A DNA stretch of 64,000 nucleotides from an uncultured Chloroflexia bacterium (GCA_963813535.1 CAWEZH010000003.1:640001-704000); one strand, 5' to 3'; counted from the first letter of the stretch, positions 10,049 through 19,842 are shown. Notes: generated by a model not told the origin, from the sequence alone. Made by a program: numbers and translations.

Positions 10049-12610
10049 ATGCCATCGCGCCTCGATCCCCAAGCCGTCTTCGGCGTGCTCGCCCGCGTCC
10101 CACGGCGAGCCGGTTTCCGCGCGCTCGTCGTCATACCGGCGGTCGCCGTCATCGTGGCCATGGCCATCGTCGTCTCGAACCGCGTCGCCGACGAGCTCCG
10201 CGAGAGCGCAAAGGAGTCGGCGATCCAGAACATCGAGGCGATCGTGCGTGGCTATGTCGATCCAGACCTCGACGAGACGAGCCTCGACCTCGATGCCCCG
10301 CGCGACGTCGATGTCGATCCCCAACTCGAGCGGCTGATCCTGTCCGGCGAGATCCGCCGCGTCAACGTCTGGTCGCGCGACGGGCGCATCGTCTACTCGA
10401 GCTCGCCGGAACTCCGCGGCCAGCGCTTTTCGATCGGTCCACTGCTCTCGAGCGCGTACGCGGGCGATGGGGTGGCCCGCTACATCGATGCCGACACCGC
10501 GAACGCATCGGGTGACACCCGGCCCGGTGCCGAGTCGCTCGCAAGCGGTCGCTATCTCGAGCTGTTCGTCCCGATCCGAGGGATGGTCGACGGCAATCCC
10601 ATCGGCGTCTACGACGTCTACCAGGATGCCGGCCGCATCGAGGAACGCATCGCGGCGACCCGCCTGGGTGTGTTCATGGTCGCCCTCATCGCCGCGAGCA
10701 TGCTGACCGCGCTCATCATGTTGTCGTTCGGCGGCGCCTCGAGGGTCCTGACCCGTCAGAATCGCCAGCTGCAGGACCAGGCCGCGACCGAACGACTGCT
10801 GCTCGTCGACCTGCAGCGGAGCGAGGAGCGCTTCCGCTCGCTGGTCCGGAACGCCTCGGATGGCGTGATCGTCCTCGGCGCCGACGGTCTCGTCAGGTAT
10901 GAGAGCCCGGCTGTCGAACGGATCCTGGGGCGAACCGACGCCGAGAGGATCGGGCGCACGGCGACGACCGACGTCCACGCCGACGATCGCGCCGCCGTCC
11001 AGCGGCGTCTCGCCGAGGTCGCCAGTGCGAGCGGCTCAGAGGCGACCTTCGAGTTCCGGGCGCGTCACGCCGACGAATCCTGGCGAACGCTCGAGGCGAT
11101 CGCCAAGAACCTGCTCGATGACCCGGCGGTCGGGGGGGTCGTCGTGAACTACCGCGACATCACCGAGCGCAAGGCCCTCGAGGAGCAGCTCCGCCATCAG
11201 GCCTTCCACGACGTGCTCACCGGGCTGGCCAACCGCTCGCTCTTCCGCGATCGTCTCGGTCACGCCCTCGCGCGGGCAGCCCGTGGGGCGAGCCCCACGG
11301 CGGTCCTGTATCTCGACATCGACGATTTCAAGTCGGTCAACGATCGGTTCGGGCACACCGAGGGCGACCGACTCCTCATCGCCGTCGGCCAGCGCCTGCA
11401 GTCGGCGACCCGCGCCGGCGACACGGTGGCGCGGCTGGGTGGCGACGAGTTCGCGGTGATCGTGGAGGAAACGGATCCCGTCGAAGCGCGACATGCGGCA
11501 GATCGGATCCTCGAGATCCTGGCCGAGCCCTTCGACCTCGGCGGGCGGGAGACGACGGTCCGGGCGAGCATCGGCATCGCCAGCCAGGCGGTCGACGGCG
11601 CCGACGCCGACGAGCTGCTGCGGCGCGCCGACATCGCGATGTACGCGGCGAAGTCCCGGGGTGGCGATGGTCATGCCACATACGAGGCTCGTCTCTACGA
11701 GGCGACGGTCGCCCGCATGGAGATCAAGGCGGACCTGCAGGGCGCGCTCGAACGGGGCGAGCTCGGCGTGGCCTATCAGCCGATCGTCGACATCGGGACA
11801 GGCGCCGTCACGGGGACCGAGGCGTTGATGCGCTGGCAGCACCCGGACCGCGGTCTGATCCCGCCGTCCGACTTCATCCCGCTGGCCGAGGAGAACGGGC
11901 TGATCCTCGAGCTTGGCCGATGGATCCTCGAGAAGGCATGCCATCAAACGAAGGGTTGGCAGCTCGAGGCCGGCCGCCCGGAACTCACGGTCAGCGTCAA
12001 CCTCTCCGGCCGCCAGATCGCCGATGGCGACCTCGTCGGCGATGTCGCCCGGGCGCTCGCGGCGTCGGGTCTCGACCCGTCCTGCCTGACCCTCGAGATC
12101 ACCGAGAGTGTCCTGGTCCGGGACATCGAGGCGACCGTCGCGGCGTTCCGCGCGCTCAAGAGCCTGGGCATCAGGCTGGCCATCGATGACTTCGGCACCG
12201 GCTACTCGTCACTGAGCTATCTGCGCCAGTTCCCCATCGACATCCTCAAGATCGATCAGTCCTTCGTGGCCAGTCTCGACGAGGGCGCCGACTCGAGCGC
12301 CCTCGTGCGCTCGATCCTCAATCTGAGCACGACGCTCCACCTCGAAACGGTCGCCGAGGGGATCGAGACGGCCGAGCAGCGGTCGGCGCTCGAGTCATTG
12401 GGCGCGAACCATGGTCAGGGCTACCTATTCGCTCGACCGATGAGCTCGGCCGATCTCGGCAGCCTGCTCGCCGTCGGTGGGAGGGGCGTCGCCGAGACCG
12501 GGCCCTCCGCCGGGGCAGCCCCGCCGACCACTCCGCCATCACGCAGGCGCGCCGCAGGTCTGCGTGCGAGCCACCGCCGACCCACCACGCAACGTGAGGT
12601 TCGACCATGA
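10049..12610 (+). CDS. TM-sensor-PAS-GGDEF-EAL c-di-GMP enzyme
   Basis: Two TMs around a Cache-like domain, SEERFRSLV PAS, HDVLTGLANR, GGDEF, TEALMRW, DDFGTGYSSL; start uncertain. Confidence 0.93.
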   Translation: MPSRLDPQAVFGVLARVPRRAGFRALVVIPAVAVIVAMAIVVSNRVADELRESAKESAIQNIEAIVRGYVDPDLDETSLDLDAPRDVDVDPQLERLILSGEIRRVNVWSRDGRIVYSSSPELRGQRFSIGPLLSSAYAGDGVARYIDADTANASGDTRPGAESLASGRYLELFVPIRGMVDGNPIGVYDVYQDAGRIEERIAATRLGVFMVALIAASMLTALIMLSFGGASRVLTRQNRQLQDQAATERLLLVDLQRSEERFRSLVRNASDGVIVLGADGLVRYESPAVERILGRTDAERIGRTATTDVHADDRAAVQRRLAEVASASGSEATFEFRARHADESWRTLEAIAKNLLDDPAVGGVVVNYRDITERKALEEQLRHQAFHDVLTGLANRSLFRDRLGHALARAARGASPTAVLYLDIDDFKSVNDRFGHTEGDRLLIAVGQRLQSATRAGDTVARLGGDEFAVIVEETDPVEARHAADRILEILAEPFDLGGRETTVRASIGIASQAVDGADADELLRRADIAMYAAKSRGGDGHATYEARLYEATVARMEIKADLQGALERGELGVAYQPIVDIGTGAVTGTEALMRWQHPDRGLIPPSDFIPLAEENGLILELGRWILEKACHQTKGWQLEAGRPELTVSVNLSGRQIADGDLVGDVARALAASGLDPSCLTLEITESVLVRDIEATVAAFRALKSLGIRLAIDDFGTGYSSLSYLRQFPIDILKIDQSFVASLDEGADSSALVRSILNLSTTLHLETVAEGIETAEQRSALESLGANHGQGYLFARPMSSADLGSLLAVGGRGVAETGPSAGAAPPTTPPSRRRAAGLRASHRRPTTQREVRP

Positions 12611-13056
12611 CGCCCACCACGCAAGCACCCGCGCGCACGGCCCCACCGCCACGCATGCTGCTTCTCGGCCTCGTCGTCGCGGCGATCGCCGGGGCAGCCC
12701 TGCTCGTCGCGTTGCGGCCGTCGGCCGCCGTCGCGCCCCGGACGATCGCTCTCGAGACCCTCAACGCCTCCGGCGTCACCGGTGCCGTCACGTTCACCGA
12801 CCTCGGCGGCCGCACGCGTGTGGACGTCACGGTCGAGCCCGCCGGCAACCGGGATATGCCGGCCCATATCCATCCGGGAACCTGCGCCGATCTCACGCCG
12901 CAACCCAAGTTCCCGCTCGAGAACGTCCGCGACGGTCGCTCGACCACGGATGTCCCGGCCCCGCTCGGTGAGCTCTTCGGAGGCAACCTCGCCGTCAACA
13001 TCCACAAGTCCAACGACGACCTCAAGACCTACACGGCGTGCGTGGACATCCGTTAG
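12607..13056 (+). CDS. Secreted CHRD/SOD-like small protein
   Basis: Signal/TM, NASGVTG, PAHIHPGTC, AVNIHKS, ACVDI; ATGA overlap with the EAL gene. Confidence 0.65.
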   Translation: MTPTTQAPARTAPPPRMLLLGLVVAAIAGAALLVALRPSAAVAPRTIALETLNASGVTGAVTFTDLGGRTRVDVTVEPAGNRDMPAHIHPGTCADLTPQPKFPLENVRDGRSTTDVPAPLGELFGGNLAVNIHKSNDDLKTYTACVDIR

Positions 13057-13448
13057 ACCGTCGCTTGTGTCGCGCTCTCGGATCGACCCTCATCGCGGTC
13101 ATCACGGCGGGCTGTGCCGACGCGGGCGAGGCGAGTCCGAACCCATCCTCGGCCGTCGAAGTCACCATCGCGACGGCGGCCGGCGATAGGCTCGCGTTCG
13201 AACCTGCCGAGGTCAGCGTGCCCTCGGCAGGCACGCTGACCATCACCTTCCACAATGGTTCGGCGCTGGCCCACAACCTCGTGTTCACGTCCGGCATCAG
13301 CGTGTCCACGGGCTCGATCGTCGAGCCCGGCTCCATCGAACGGCTATCGGTGGCGCCGCTCAAACCCGGTCGCTACCGGTTCGTGTGCACGATCCACGAG
13401 GGGATGGCAGGCTCGCTCGTCGTCGAGGGAGCGACCGCCCTCCGCTAG
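13038..13448 (+). CDS. Cupredoxin (plastocyanin-like) lipoprotein
   Basis: Lipobox TAGC; type-1 Cu ligands AHN...PGRYRFVCTIHEGM. Confidence 0.85.
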   Translation: MRGHPLDRRLCRALGSTLIAVITAGCADAGEASPNPSSAVEVTIATAAGDRLAFEPAEVSVPSAGTLTITFHNGSALAHNLVFTSGISVSTGSIVEPGSIERLSVAPLKPGRYRFVCTIHEGMAGSLVVEGATALR

Positions 13449-13461
13449 CGTCGACCCGACG

Positions 13462-15633
13462 TCAGCGCGCGAGCCGGATATGGCCGTTCGACCCGATGGC
13501 CTCGATGTCCCATCGCTTCCCAAAGGCCGGCAGACCGCCGATGAAGACGCGACCGATCGCTTCGGGTAGGTGCGGGTCCAGCACCAATGCGCCATCGACC
13601 GCGTCCAGGCCGAGCATGGCTCGGACGAGCGCGACCGGTGTGCCGGTCGCCCACGCCTGCGGGCTGCAGGCCGTCGGGTAGGGGATCGGGAACCGGCCGA
13701 CCGATCGCTCGTACCCCGAGAAGGCCTCCGGCAGCCGGTACCCGGAGAACGCCGCAGCCTCCAGCAGTGGCATCGCGATCCGGTTCACCTCGTCCCGGAA
13801 CCCGTAACGCGCGAGCCCCATGGCGATGATCGAGTTGTCGTGTGGCCATACCGTCCCGAGGTGGTAGCCGATCGGGTTGAACCCGCGGTCGTCGGTGGAG
13901 AGCGTGCGGACACCCCAGCCCGAATGGAGCGCATCGGACATCAGGTGGGCCGCGATGACCCCGGCTCGCTCCTGCGGCACGATGCCGGTCCAGAGCAACT
14001 GGCCGATGTTCGAGGTCATCGAATCGATCCGACGCTTGTCACCGTCGAGCCCGATCGCGTAGTAGCCGCCCCGCTCGTCGATCCAGAAGTCGCGGTCGAA
14101 CCGCTCCTGGAGTGCCTGGGCCTCGGCCCGCAACCGCGTCGCGAGCGCGGGATCGGCAAGTGGACCGTCGGCGAGTTCGGCCAGTCGCTGCTTCGCGTCG
14201 TACACATAGCCCTGGATCTCGCAGGTCGCGATCGGCAGGGGCGGGATCGTCGCGTCGGCGAACTGGATCCCGTCCCACGAGTCTCGCCAGCACTGGTTGC
14301 CGAGGCCCTGCGACGAGCGCGTCGCGTATTCCACATACCCGTCGCCGTCGAGATCGCCGTATTCGTCGATCCAGCGCAGCGCGGCGAGGGCGTTGTCCCG
14401 CAGGGACACGACGAACTCGTCGTCCCTCGTCCAGCGCCAGTACTCGGAGAGCAGCGTCAGCCACAGGATCGTGGCATCCGCGGTGCCGTAGTAGGGGCTA
14501 TGCGGCTTGAGCTCCAGCCGGGTGAGCTCGCCGGCGCGCAGCTCGTGCGGGATCTTGCCCGGCTCCTCATCGCGGAAGTCGTCCATCTTCGTGCCCTGGA
14601 GCGTCCCAAGGGCGATCAACGCGCCGCGCGCGATCCGGGGCCCGAAAGCCACCAACTGGTACGACGTCAGGAGTGTGTCACGGCCGAAGAGTGTCAGGAA
14701 CCACGGCAGCCCGGCGGCCGGGAGCACGATGTTCTCGTGCGGGGTCTTCACCTCGATGCGGAGGGCCAGGATGTCGCGAGCGCTCTTGGCGATGACGTCC
14801 GTCAGGAGCTGCGAGTCCGACTCGAACCGCGGGATCTGCTCAAGCCACCGGCTGACCGGATCGGCACCCTCGGGGGCGAACGCCTCCCCGAAGTCGCGGT
14901 GCAACGGCTGGATCTCGTTGGGTCCGAGCCGCAGTGGTACGCGCACGTCGCACGTCCACTCGCCTCGAGGTGGCAATGCGAGATCCCAGACGAAGTCGTC
15001 ACCATCGAGCCGGTCGGGTGGCGTCGAGACCTCCACGACGGTCTCGGCATCGAACCCCTCGTTCGCATAGCGGAAGGCGAGCCTGGCGCCGTCCGGAGCG
15101 TGATCGCGGACGATCTGCGCCGATCGGTCGCGCACGACGTCCTTGACCTCGAAGAGGTCGGCGAAGTCGGTGCCGACGGCGAGTCGCAGCTCGACGTTGA
15201 CCGGCTTTTCCACGTAGTTGCTGACCTCGATGCGCTCGTGGAGGCCGTCGCCCACGAACCGGAGTCGGCGGATGCCGAGCGTATTCGGTGCGAGACCCGC
15301 CATCTGCGGGTTGGTCAGGAAGAACGCCGCCGAGTAGTGGTCGACCGTGCCTGATCGAAGGGCGAGCAGCCGTTCCCCATCGACCGTCAGGAGCCACTGG
15401 TCCAGGAACCGCGTGTCGGCGTGGATCAGGCCCCCGATCGAGCCTTTGGTGACGTCACCGACGGCGTCCGAGTACAGGAACGTCCGTCCCTCGAGGATCG
15501 CGATGGCATTCGGGCCAAGCTCAGGCGGCAGGTTCCGGCGCTTGGGGCTGGGGATGCTCCGGTCTACGGTCGAGCCGGGCATCGGATCGGCGGGCGTTGC
15601 CCGCTTGACGACGGTTTCAGCGATCTGCGCCAT
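13462..15633 (-). CDS. Amylo-alpha-1,6-glucosidase / glycogen debranching-like protein
   Basis: AAGLPWFLTLFGRD, EEPGKIPHELR, YYGTADAT, NQCWRDSWD, YHLGTVWPHDN, ACSPQAWA. Confidence 0.92.
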   Translation of the reverse strand: MAQIAETVVKRATPADPMPGSTVDRSIPSPKRRNLPPELGPNAIAILEGRTFLYSDAVGDVTKGSIGGLIHADTRFLDQWLLTVDGERLLALRSGTVDHYSAAFFLTNPQMAGLAPNTLGIRRLRFVGDGLHERIEVSNYVEKPVNVELRLAVGTDFADLFEVKDVVRDRSAQIVRDHAPDGARLAFRYANEGFDAETVVEVSTPPDRLDGDDFVWDLALPPRGEWTCDVRVPLRLGPNEIQPLHRDFGEAFAPEGADPVSRWLEQIPRFESDSQLLTDVIAKSARDILALRIEVKTPHENIVLPAAGLPWFLTLFGRDTLLTSYQLVAFGPRIARGALIALGTLQGTKMDDFRDEEPGKIPHELRAGELTRLELKPHSPYYGTADATILWLTLLSEYWRWTRDDEFVVSLRDNALAALRWIDEYGDLDGDGYVEYATRSSQGLGNQCWRDSWDGIQFADATIPPLPIATCEIQGYVYDAKQRLAELADGPLADPALATRLRAEAQALQERFDRDFWIDERGGYYAIGLDGDKRRIDSMTSNIGQLLWTGIVPQERAGVIAAHLMSDALHSGWGVRTLSTDDRGFNPIGYHLGTVWPHDNSIIAMGLARYGFRDEVNRIAMPLLEAAAFSGYRLPEAFSGYERSVGRFPIPYPTACSPQAWATGTPVALVRAMLGLDAVDGALVLDPHLPEAIGRVFIGGLPAFGKRWDIEAIGSNGHIRLAR

Positions 15634-15841
15634 GGTCGTCAGGTCCCCTGTGACTACGCCGACGTCAGGGCGATGGACGAACCCGTCTAGCCCTCGGCGA
15701 CCACCGCTGACGCATCGGTGAGCGAAGGCTCGCGTACGGGGCCTGGGACCACAAGGACGCGCACACTACCAACGCGTCGCCCGATCGGCTGACTCACACA
15801 CATATCGGAACGCCACAATGGGGCATGACTAGCTGCCCTCG

Positions 15842-16480
15842 ATGCGGGTTCTGATCCTCGGAGCGACTGGCCGGGTGGGCAATCTGGCCCTCGCGGGTGC
15901 CTTGGCCGCCGACCACGAGGTCGTGGCTCTTCTTCGAGGCCCCGGCCGGCTGGATGCTCGACCGGGCCTGACGGTCCTGGGCGGGGACATCACCGATGCT
16001 TCGGCCGTCGGCGGGGTGATGCGGGGTGTCGACGCGGTTATCGCGGCAGTCGGCCCGCGGGGAAACACCATCGAGGACGAGCGGGCGCTCGAGACCGGGA
16101 TGCGCAACGTCGTGACCGCGATGGGCGATGCGGGTGTTCGGCGCCTGGTCGCACTCTCAGGGGCGGGTATCGACGTTCCCGGCGACCGCAAGCCATGGCT
16201 CGATCGAGTCGCATCTCGGGTGGTTGGCCGCGTGGCGCGACACGTGGTCGGCGCGAAGCAACGTGAGTACGAGGTCTTTTCTGCAGCCGACTGCGACTGG
16301 ACGGCGTTGCGTCCACCCCTCGTCACCGACGGCCCGACACGGGGGTATCGGCTCGATCTCCGTCTGAAGCCTGGCGCGCGAGTGCGTCGAGCCGACGTTG
16401 CCTTGGCATTGGTCGACCAGTTAACGGACAGTCGCTTCCATCGGGCGGCGCCGTTCGTCCTGCCGCCGACCGAGCCATGA
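15842..16480 (+). CDS. NAD(P)H-binding oxidoreductase (BVR-B-like atypical SDR)
   Basis: ILGATGRVG, GDITD, DWTALRPP, VRRADVA. Confidence 0.88.
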   Translation: MRVLILGATGRVGNLALAGALAADHEVVALLRGPGRLDARPGLTVLGGDITDASAVGGVMRGVDAVIAAVGPRGNTIEDERALETGMRNVVTAMGDAGVRRLVALSGAGIDVPGDRKPWLDRVASRVVGRVARHVVGAKQREYEVFSAADCDWTALRPPLVTDGPTRGYRLDLRLKPGARVRRADVALALVDQLTDSRFHRAAPFVLPPTEP

Positions 16481-16543
16481 TCGTCCTCGACCGGCCATGC
16501 GCCCCGGTCGGACCGTGGCCGCCTGCTTCCGGCGCACACGGCC

Positions 16544-17677
16544 TCAGGTGGTGGACGGCGTCGGGGCCGTGTCAAGGCCGCCGAGCAACTCGCCCCAGTG
16601 GCCGCGGCGCATCACGAGCAGAAGCACCCACCCGACCGGGATCGGGACGAACCACTGGGCGATCCGGAACAGCATCACCGCGGCAGTGAGCTGCTCGGTC
16701 AACCCCGATCCGGCCACGCTTGACAGGATGCCGATGTAGGCGAATTCGGTGACGCCCACGCCGCCCGGCGTGATGGGCACCAGCGACACCATCCCGACGA
16801 CCGCCATCGCTGCCAGCACGGCCGACGGCGGGAGCACATCTGGGCCGACCCCAACGCACCAGAGGGCGACCACGAGCACGACGAACCAGGCGAGTTTGGC
16901 GGCCACGGCTGCGGCGAACCCACGCAGGCCGTGCTGCGTGAGGATGGCCTTCGAGCGCTCTCGAAGGTCAAGGATGCCCTCGACGATGCCCGTTGGCGGC
17001 GTCTTCCGGAAGAGCTTCCAGATGCGCTGGGCCATCCGGTCGAGCCAACCGCCCAGCTTCCGGGCTAGGCTCTCCGAGCGCACGATGGAGGACAGCAGGA
17101 CCGCCGCGGCGACGAGCACGATGAGGCCGATCAGCGCGAGCAGGAACGCACGCGTCTCGGCCGGGTGACCGGTGACGAGCAAACCGCCCGTGGCGATCAG
17201 CGGCAGGGCAAAGTAGGAGAACGTCTCGAAGAGGGCCGCGAGGACGATCCCGGCGCTCGCGATAGGGGTGGGGATCGACCACTGGCGGTACAGGAGGAGC
17301 CGCGTGGCGATGTCGGTCGGCCCGGGCACGGTGCTGACAACCGCGCGCGCAGCTAGGTCCGATCCGACCGCGTGCGGCCAGGACAGCCCGGGCACGAGGA
17401 CCCGGGTGGGGCCGGCGTTGGCGACGTAGGCGACCGCGCTGGCAGCGCCGAGAAGCGCGATCTGCCCGGGGGTCAGCGCCGCGAGCGCGGCCCGAACCAT
17501 GTCGTAGTCAATCAGGCGTGGCAGCACGACCCCGAACACGAACAGGAAGACCCCGACGAGCACGAGCACGCGCCCCGCCATCGCCCGACGGCTCGGGGCT
17601 GGCTGGGTGGCCGCTCCGCCGGGCGTGCTCGCGCTCGTCTCGGCGGATCCAGCGTGCGGCATGGCGTGAATAACCAT
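16544..17677 (-). CDS. LPG-synthase TM (flippase-like, UPF0104) membrane protein
   Basis: Multi-TM; PITPGGVGVTE and AAVMLFR motifs; start uncertain. Confidence 0.8.
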   Translation of the reverse strand: MVIHAMPHAGSAETSASTPGGAATQPAPSRRAMAGRVLVLVGVFLFVFGVVLPRLIDYDMVRAALAALTPGQIALLGAASAVAYVANAGPTRVLVPGLSWPHAVGSDLAARAVVSTVPGPTDIATRLLLYRQWSIPTPIASAGIVLAALFETFSYFALPLIATGGLLVTGHPAETRAFLLALIGLIVLVAAAVLLSSIVRSESLARKLGGWLDRMAQRIWKLFRKTPPTGIVEGILDLRERSKAILTQHGLRGFAAAVAAKLAWFVVLVVALWCVGVGPDVLPPSAVLAAMAVVGMVSLVPITPGGVGVTEFAYIGILSSVAGSGLTEQLTAAVMLFRIAQWFVPIPVGWVLLLVMRRGHWGELLGGLDTAPTPSTT

Positions 17678-17749
17678 AGCGCGCGCAGATCTGCCCGCCC
17701 TCGTGGCACATCGGCGCCGGTCGGTGGATCGTGCTCGGACTCTTCAGCT

Positions 17750-18622
17750 CTAGAACGAGGCCAGGAACCCGTCGACCACGGCCGCGGTCTCGGCCGGCTG
17801 CTCGAGTTGTGGAAGATCCCCGGCGTGCGCGATCGTGATCCGTTCCAGATGGCCATTCGCCGTGACCAGCGCCTCCGCGGCCGCGGGGTCGGTAAAGCGG
17901 GGATGGTCCCCGAAGACGAGGAGCGTCGGGTTCGCCAGCCGCTTGTAGGCGCCCTCCGCCCGGGGGTCATCGAGCAACCCGGAGACGAACGCCAGCGGAG
18001 CTCGAAAGGCGCCTGGCTGCTGGCAGGTCCGCCAGCAATACCGCTCGTACTCCCGCGGGACCTGTTCCGGATCCGCAAAGATCTGCCGGAGGAACCAGCG
18101 GATGACCTGGCGCCGAGCAAGCACCTCGAACAGCAAGCGACCGATCCCCGTCAGGCGAAGGAACCGGTAGATGATCCGGGAGATTCTGCCGGCACTGCCC
18201 TTGAATCGGCCGAATCCGGTCGGACTGATGAGGACGATCCGGCCGAAGCGCTGCGGATCCTCCGCGGCGGAGGCCGCGACATACTGCCCCGGCAGCGAGA
18301 GCGCGACGACATCCATGGAGATCTCGCCCGGCTGCAGGGCGGCCGACCGGATGGCCTCGAGTTGGTCGCCGTAGAGTGCCCACCCATAGGGCGCATCGGG
18401 CCGATCCGATGTGCCGAATCCCAGCCAGTCGACCAGCACGACTCGTCGGTGCTCGGCCAGCCGTGACGCCAGCGGAGCGAGCTCGATCCCGGAACCGGCT
18501 GCGTTGAAGCTGTGCAGGAGCAGGACCGTCCGACCCTCGCCCAGCCGGTAGGCGGCAACCCGCCCGGCGGCAGTCTCCAGATCAAACGGGACCCCCGCTA
18601 CGGGCGAGGGCAAGGTGATCAT
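17750..18622 (-). CDS. Alpha/beta-fold hydrolase, catalytic His apparently absent
   Basis: LLLHSFNAAGS, DWLGFGTSDRP, VVALSLPG, AGDLPQLEQP; start overlaps the regulator stop. Confidence 0.85.
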   Translation of the reverse strand: MITLPSPVAGVPFDLETAAGRVAAYRLGEGRTVLLLHSFNAAGSGIELAPLASRLAEHRRVVLVDWLGFGTSDRPDAPYGWALYGDQLEAIRSAALQPGEISMDVVALSLPGQYVAASAAEDPQRFGRIVLISPTGFGRFKGSAGRISRIIYRFLRLTGIGRLLFEVLARRQVIRWFLRQIFADPEQVPREYERYCWRTCQQPGAFRAPLAFVSGLLDDPRAEGAYKRLANPTLLVFGDHPRFTDPAAAEALVTANGHLERITIAHAGDLPQLEQPAETAAVVDGFLASF

Positions 18623-19473
18623 CACGCCCGTGCCCTAAGCGCTTCGATCAGCTCGCCAAGCCCTCGCGGATCCGCGACCCAGCCGTCCGCACCGAGATCG
18701 AGTGCCACTCGTTCGTCCGGAACCGCGTTTCCGCCTACCAGGCGCGGAACCGACGGCCGTTCACGACGCGCGGCGGCCAGGAGGCGTCCGGCTGCGGGAC
18801 GACGCTCGATATCGACCACACTCACGACGACCGCTGCGAGAGGTCCCGCATCTCGCATCGCAGCGGCGAGTGACACGGTCGGCGTGTCGGGGCCCAGGTT
18901 GAGTACTTCATATCCGGCATCGGTCAGGATGTCGGCGAGCATCGCGACCCCCAGCCCATGACGCTCTCCGGGCGGCATCGCGACGATGACGACGCCTTTC
19001 TTGCGGCCTGGGTGCACGAACCGAGGGCCGAGACGTCCGATCAGCGTCGTGGCCACACTGCTCGCGAGATGCTCTTGGTCGACGGAGATGCCATCCGATG
19101 CCCACAGCGCCCCGATGGCGTGCAGCGACGGCGCGAGGACGCGGACGTAGATCTCGCCTGGCTCGAGGCCCGAGGCCATTGCAGCCTCGACGACCTGCCA
19201 GCTACCGGCGACGTCGCCGCTGAGCATCCGCGCCCGCAGCCGCTCCTGCCAGGTCGATACCCGGGGGTGGCTACCCCCGCGGCGGCGGCGACCACGGGCG
19301 GGCGTTGTCGTGGCGCCCGCGAGATCGGCAGGGTCGACCATCCACGTACCGCCGATCTTCCGGGCCGGCAGGATGCCCAGCCGGACGCGACGGTAGATCG
19401 TCATGTAGTGGACGCCCAGACGATCGGCCGCCTCGAGCAGGCTGAGATGGCCGGAAGGGTCCGACGGGGTCAA
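18622..19473 (-). CDS. CarH/LitR-like adenosylcobalamin photoreceptor regulator with excisionase-type HTH
   Basis: LSLLEAADRLGVHYMTIYRRVR HTH; W-x9-EH (WASDGISVDQEH); GERHGLG B12 motif; probable TTG start overlapping the upstream TGA. Confidence 0.85.
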   Translation of the reverse strand: MTPSDPSGHLSLLEAADRLGVHYMTIYRRVRLGILPARKIGGTWMVDPADLAGATTTPARGRRRRGGSHPRVSTWQERLRARMLSGDVAGSWQVVEAAMASGLEPGEIYVRVLAPSLHAIGALWASDGISVDQEHLASSVATTLIGRLGPRFVHPGRKKGVVIVAMPPGERHGLGVAMLADILTDAGYEVLNLGPDTPTVSLAAAMRDAGPLAAVVVSVVDIERRPAAGRLLAAARRERPSVPRLVGGNAVPDERVALDLGADGWVADPRGLGELIEALRARA

Positions 19474-19787
19474 CGCGCCAGATTCCCCGCGAACACCTGC
19501 CATGCGAGGGTCGACTTCGCGATCAAGCTGAGCATGAAGGAGGCCCTCTCGCCGAAGACGTTCGACTTCCACCGACCGACCCGCCGGTACTGGAGCCACA
19601 GGTTAAGCGCGAAGATGTCGAACGTCGCCGTCACCGGCAGCGCGTGAAGGCGGTGGCGAGGGCGAGGAAGGCGACCCCCTGACGGCATGGACAAGGCCGA
19701 GCCCGATATCGCAGTGCCGCAATGACGCGGCCCGAGACGCAGGGAGTTCGACCGTCGGCGTGGAATGAGTCGGTCGCTGGCGATCAC
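19470..19787 (-). pseudogene. Heliorhodopsin remnant with internal deletion and frameshifts
   Basis: C-terminus FALNLWLQYRRVGRW...GERASFMLSLIAKSTLAWQVFAG with the retinal Lys; helix A pieces SLRHCDIGLGLVHAV / GVAFLALATAFT / LPVTATF in shifted frames. Confidence 0.85.
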
Positions 19788-19807
19788 GAGGGAGTCCTGT
19801 ATGGGAC

Positions 19808-19842
19808 GAGGGTGGGGCCTGCAGGAGGCAGGCCACACCCTC
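19808..19842 (-). terminator. GC-rich stem-loop after fasciclin (terminator or mRNA stabiliser)
   Basis: GAGGGTG-GGCCTGC...GCAGGCC-CACCCTC with a 5-nt loop; no U-tract. Confidence 0.5.

Noticed and set aside
13570-15354. Long antisense ORFs (also 21186-22781, 35127-36830, 41778-43325, 51395-52936, 60738-62294)
   Set aside because: Shadow frames opposite well-supported genes, expected at this GC content; no motifs
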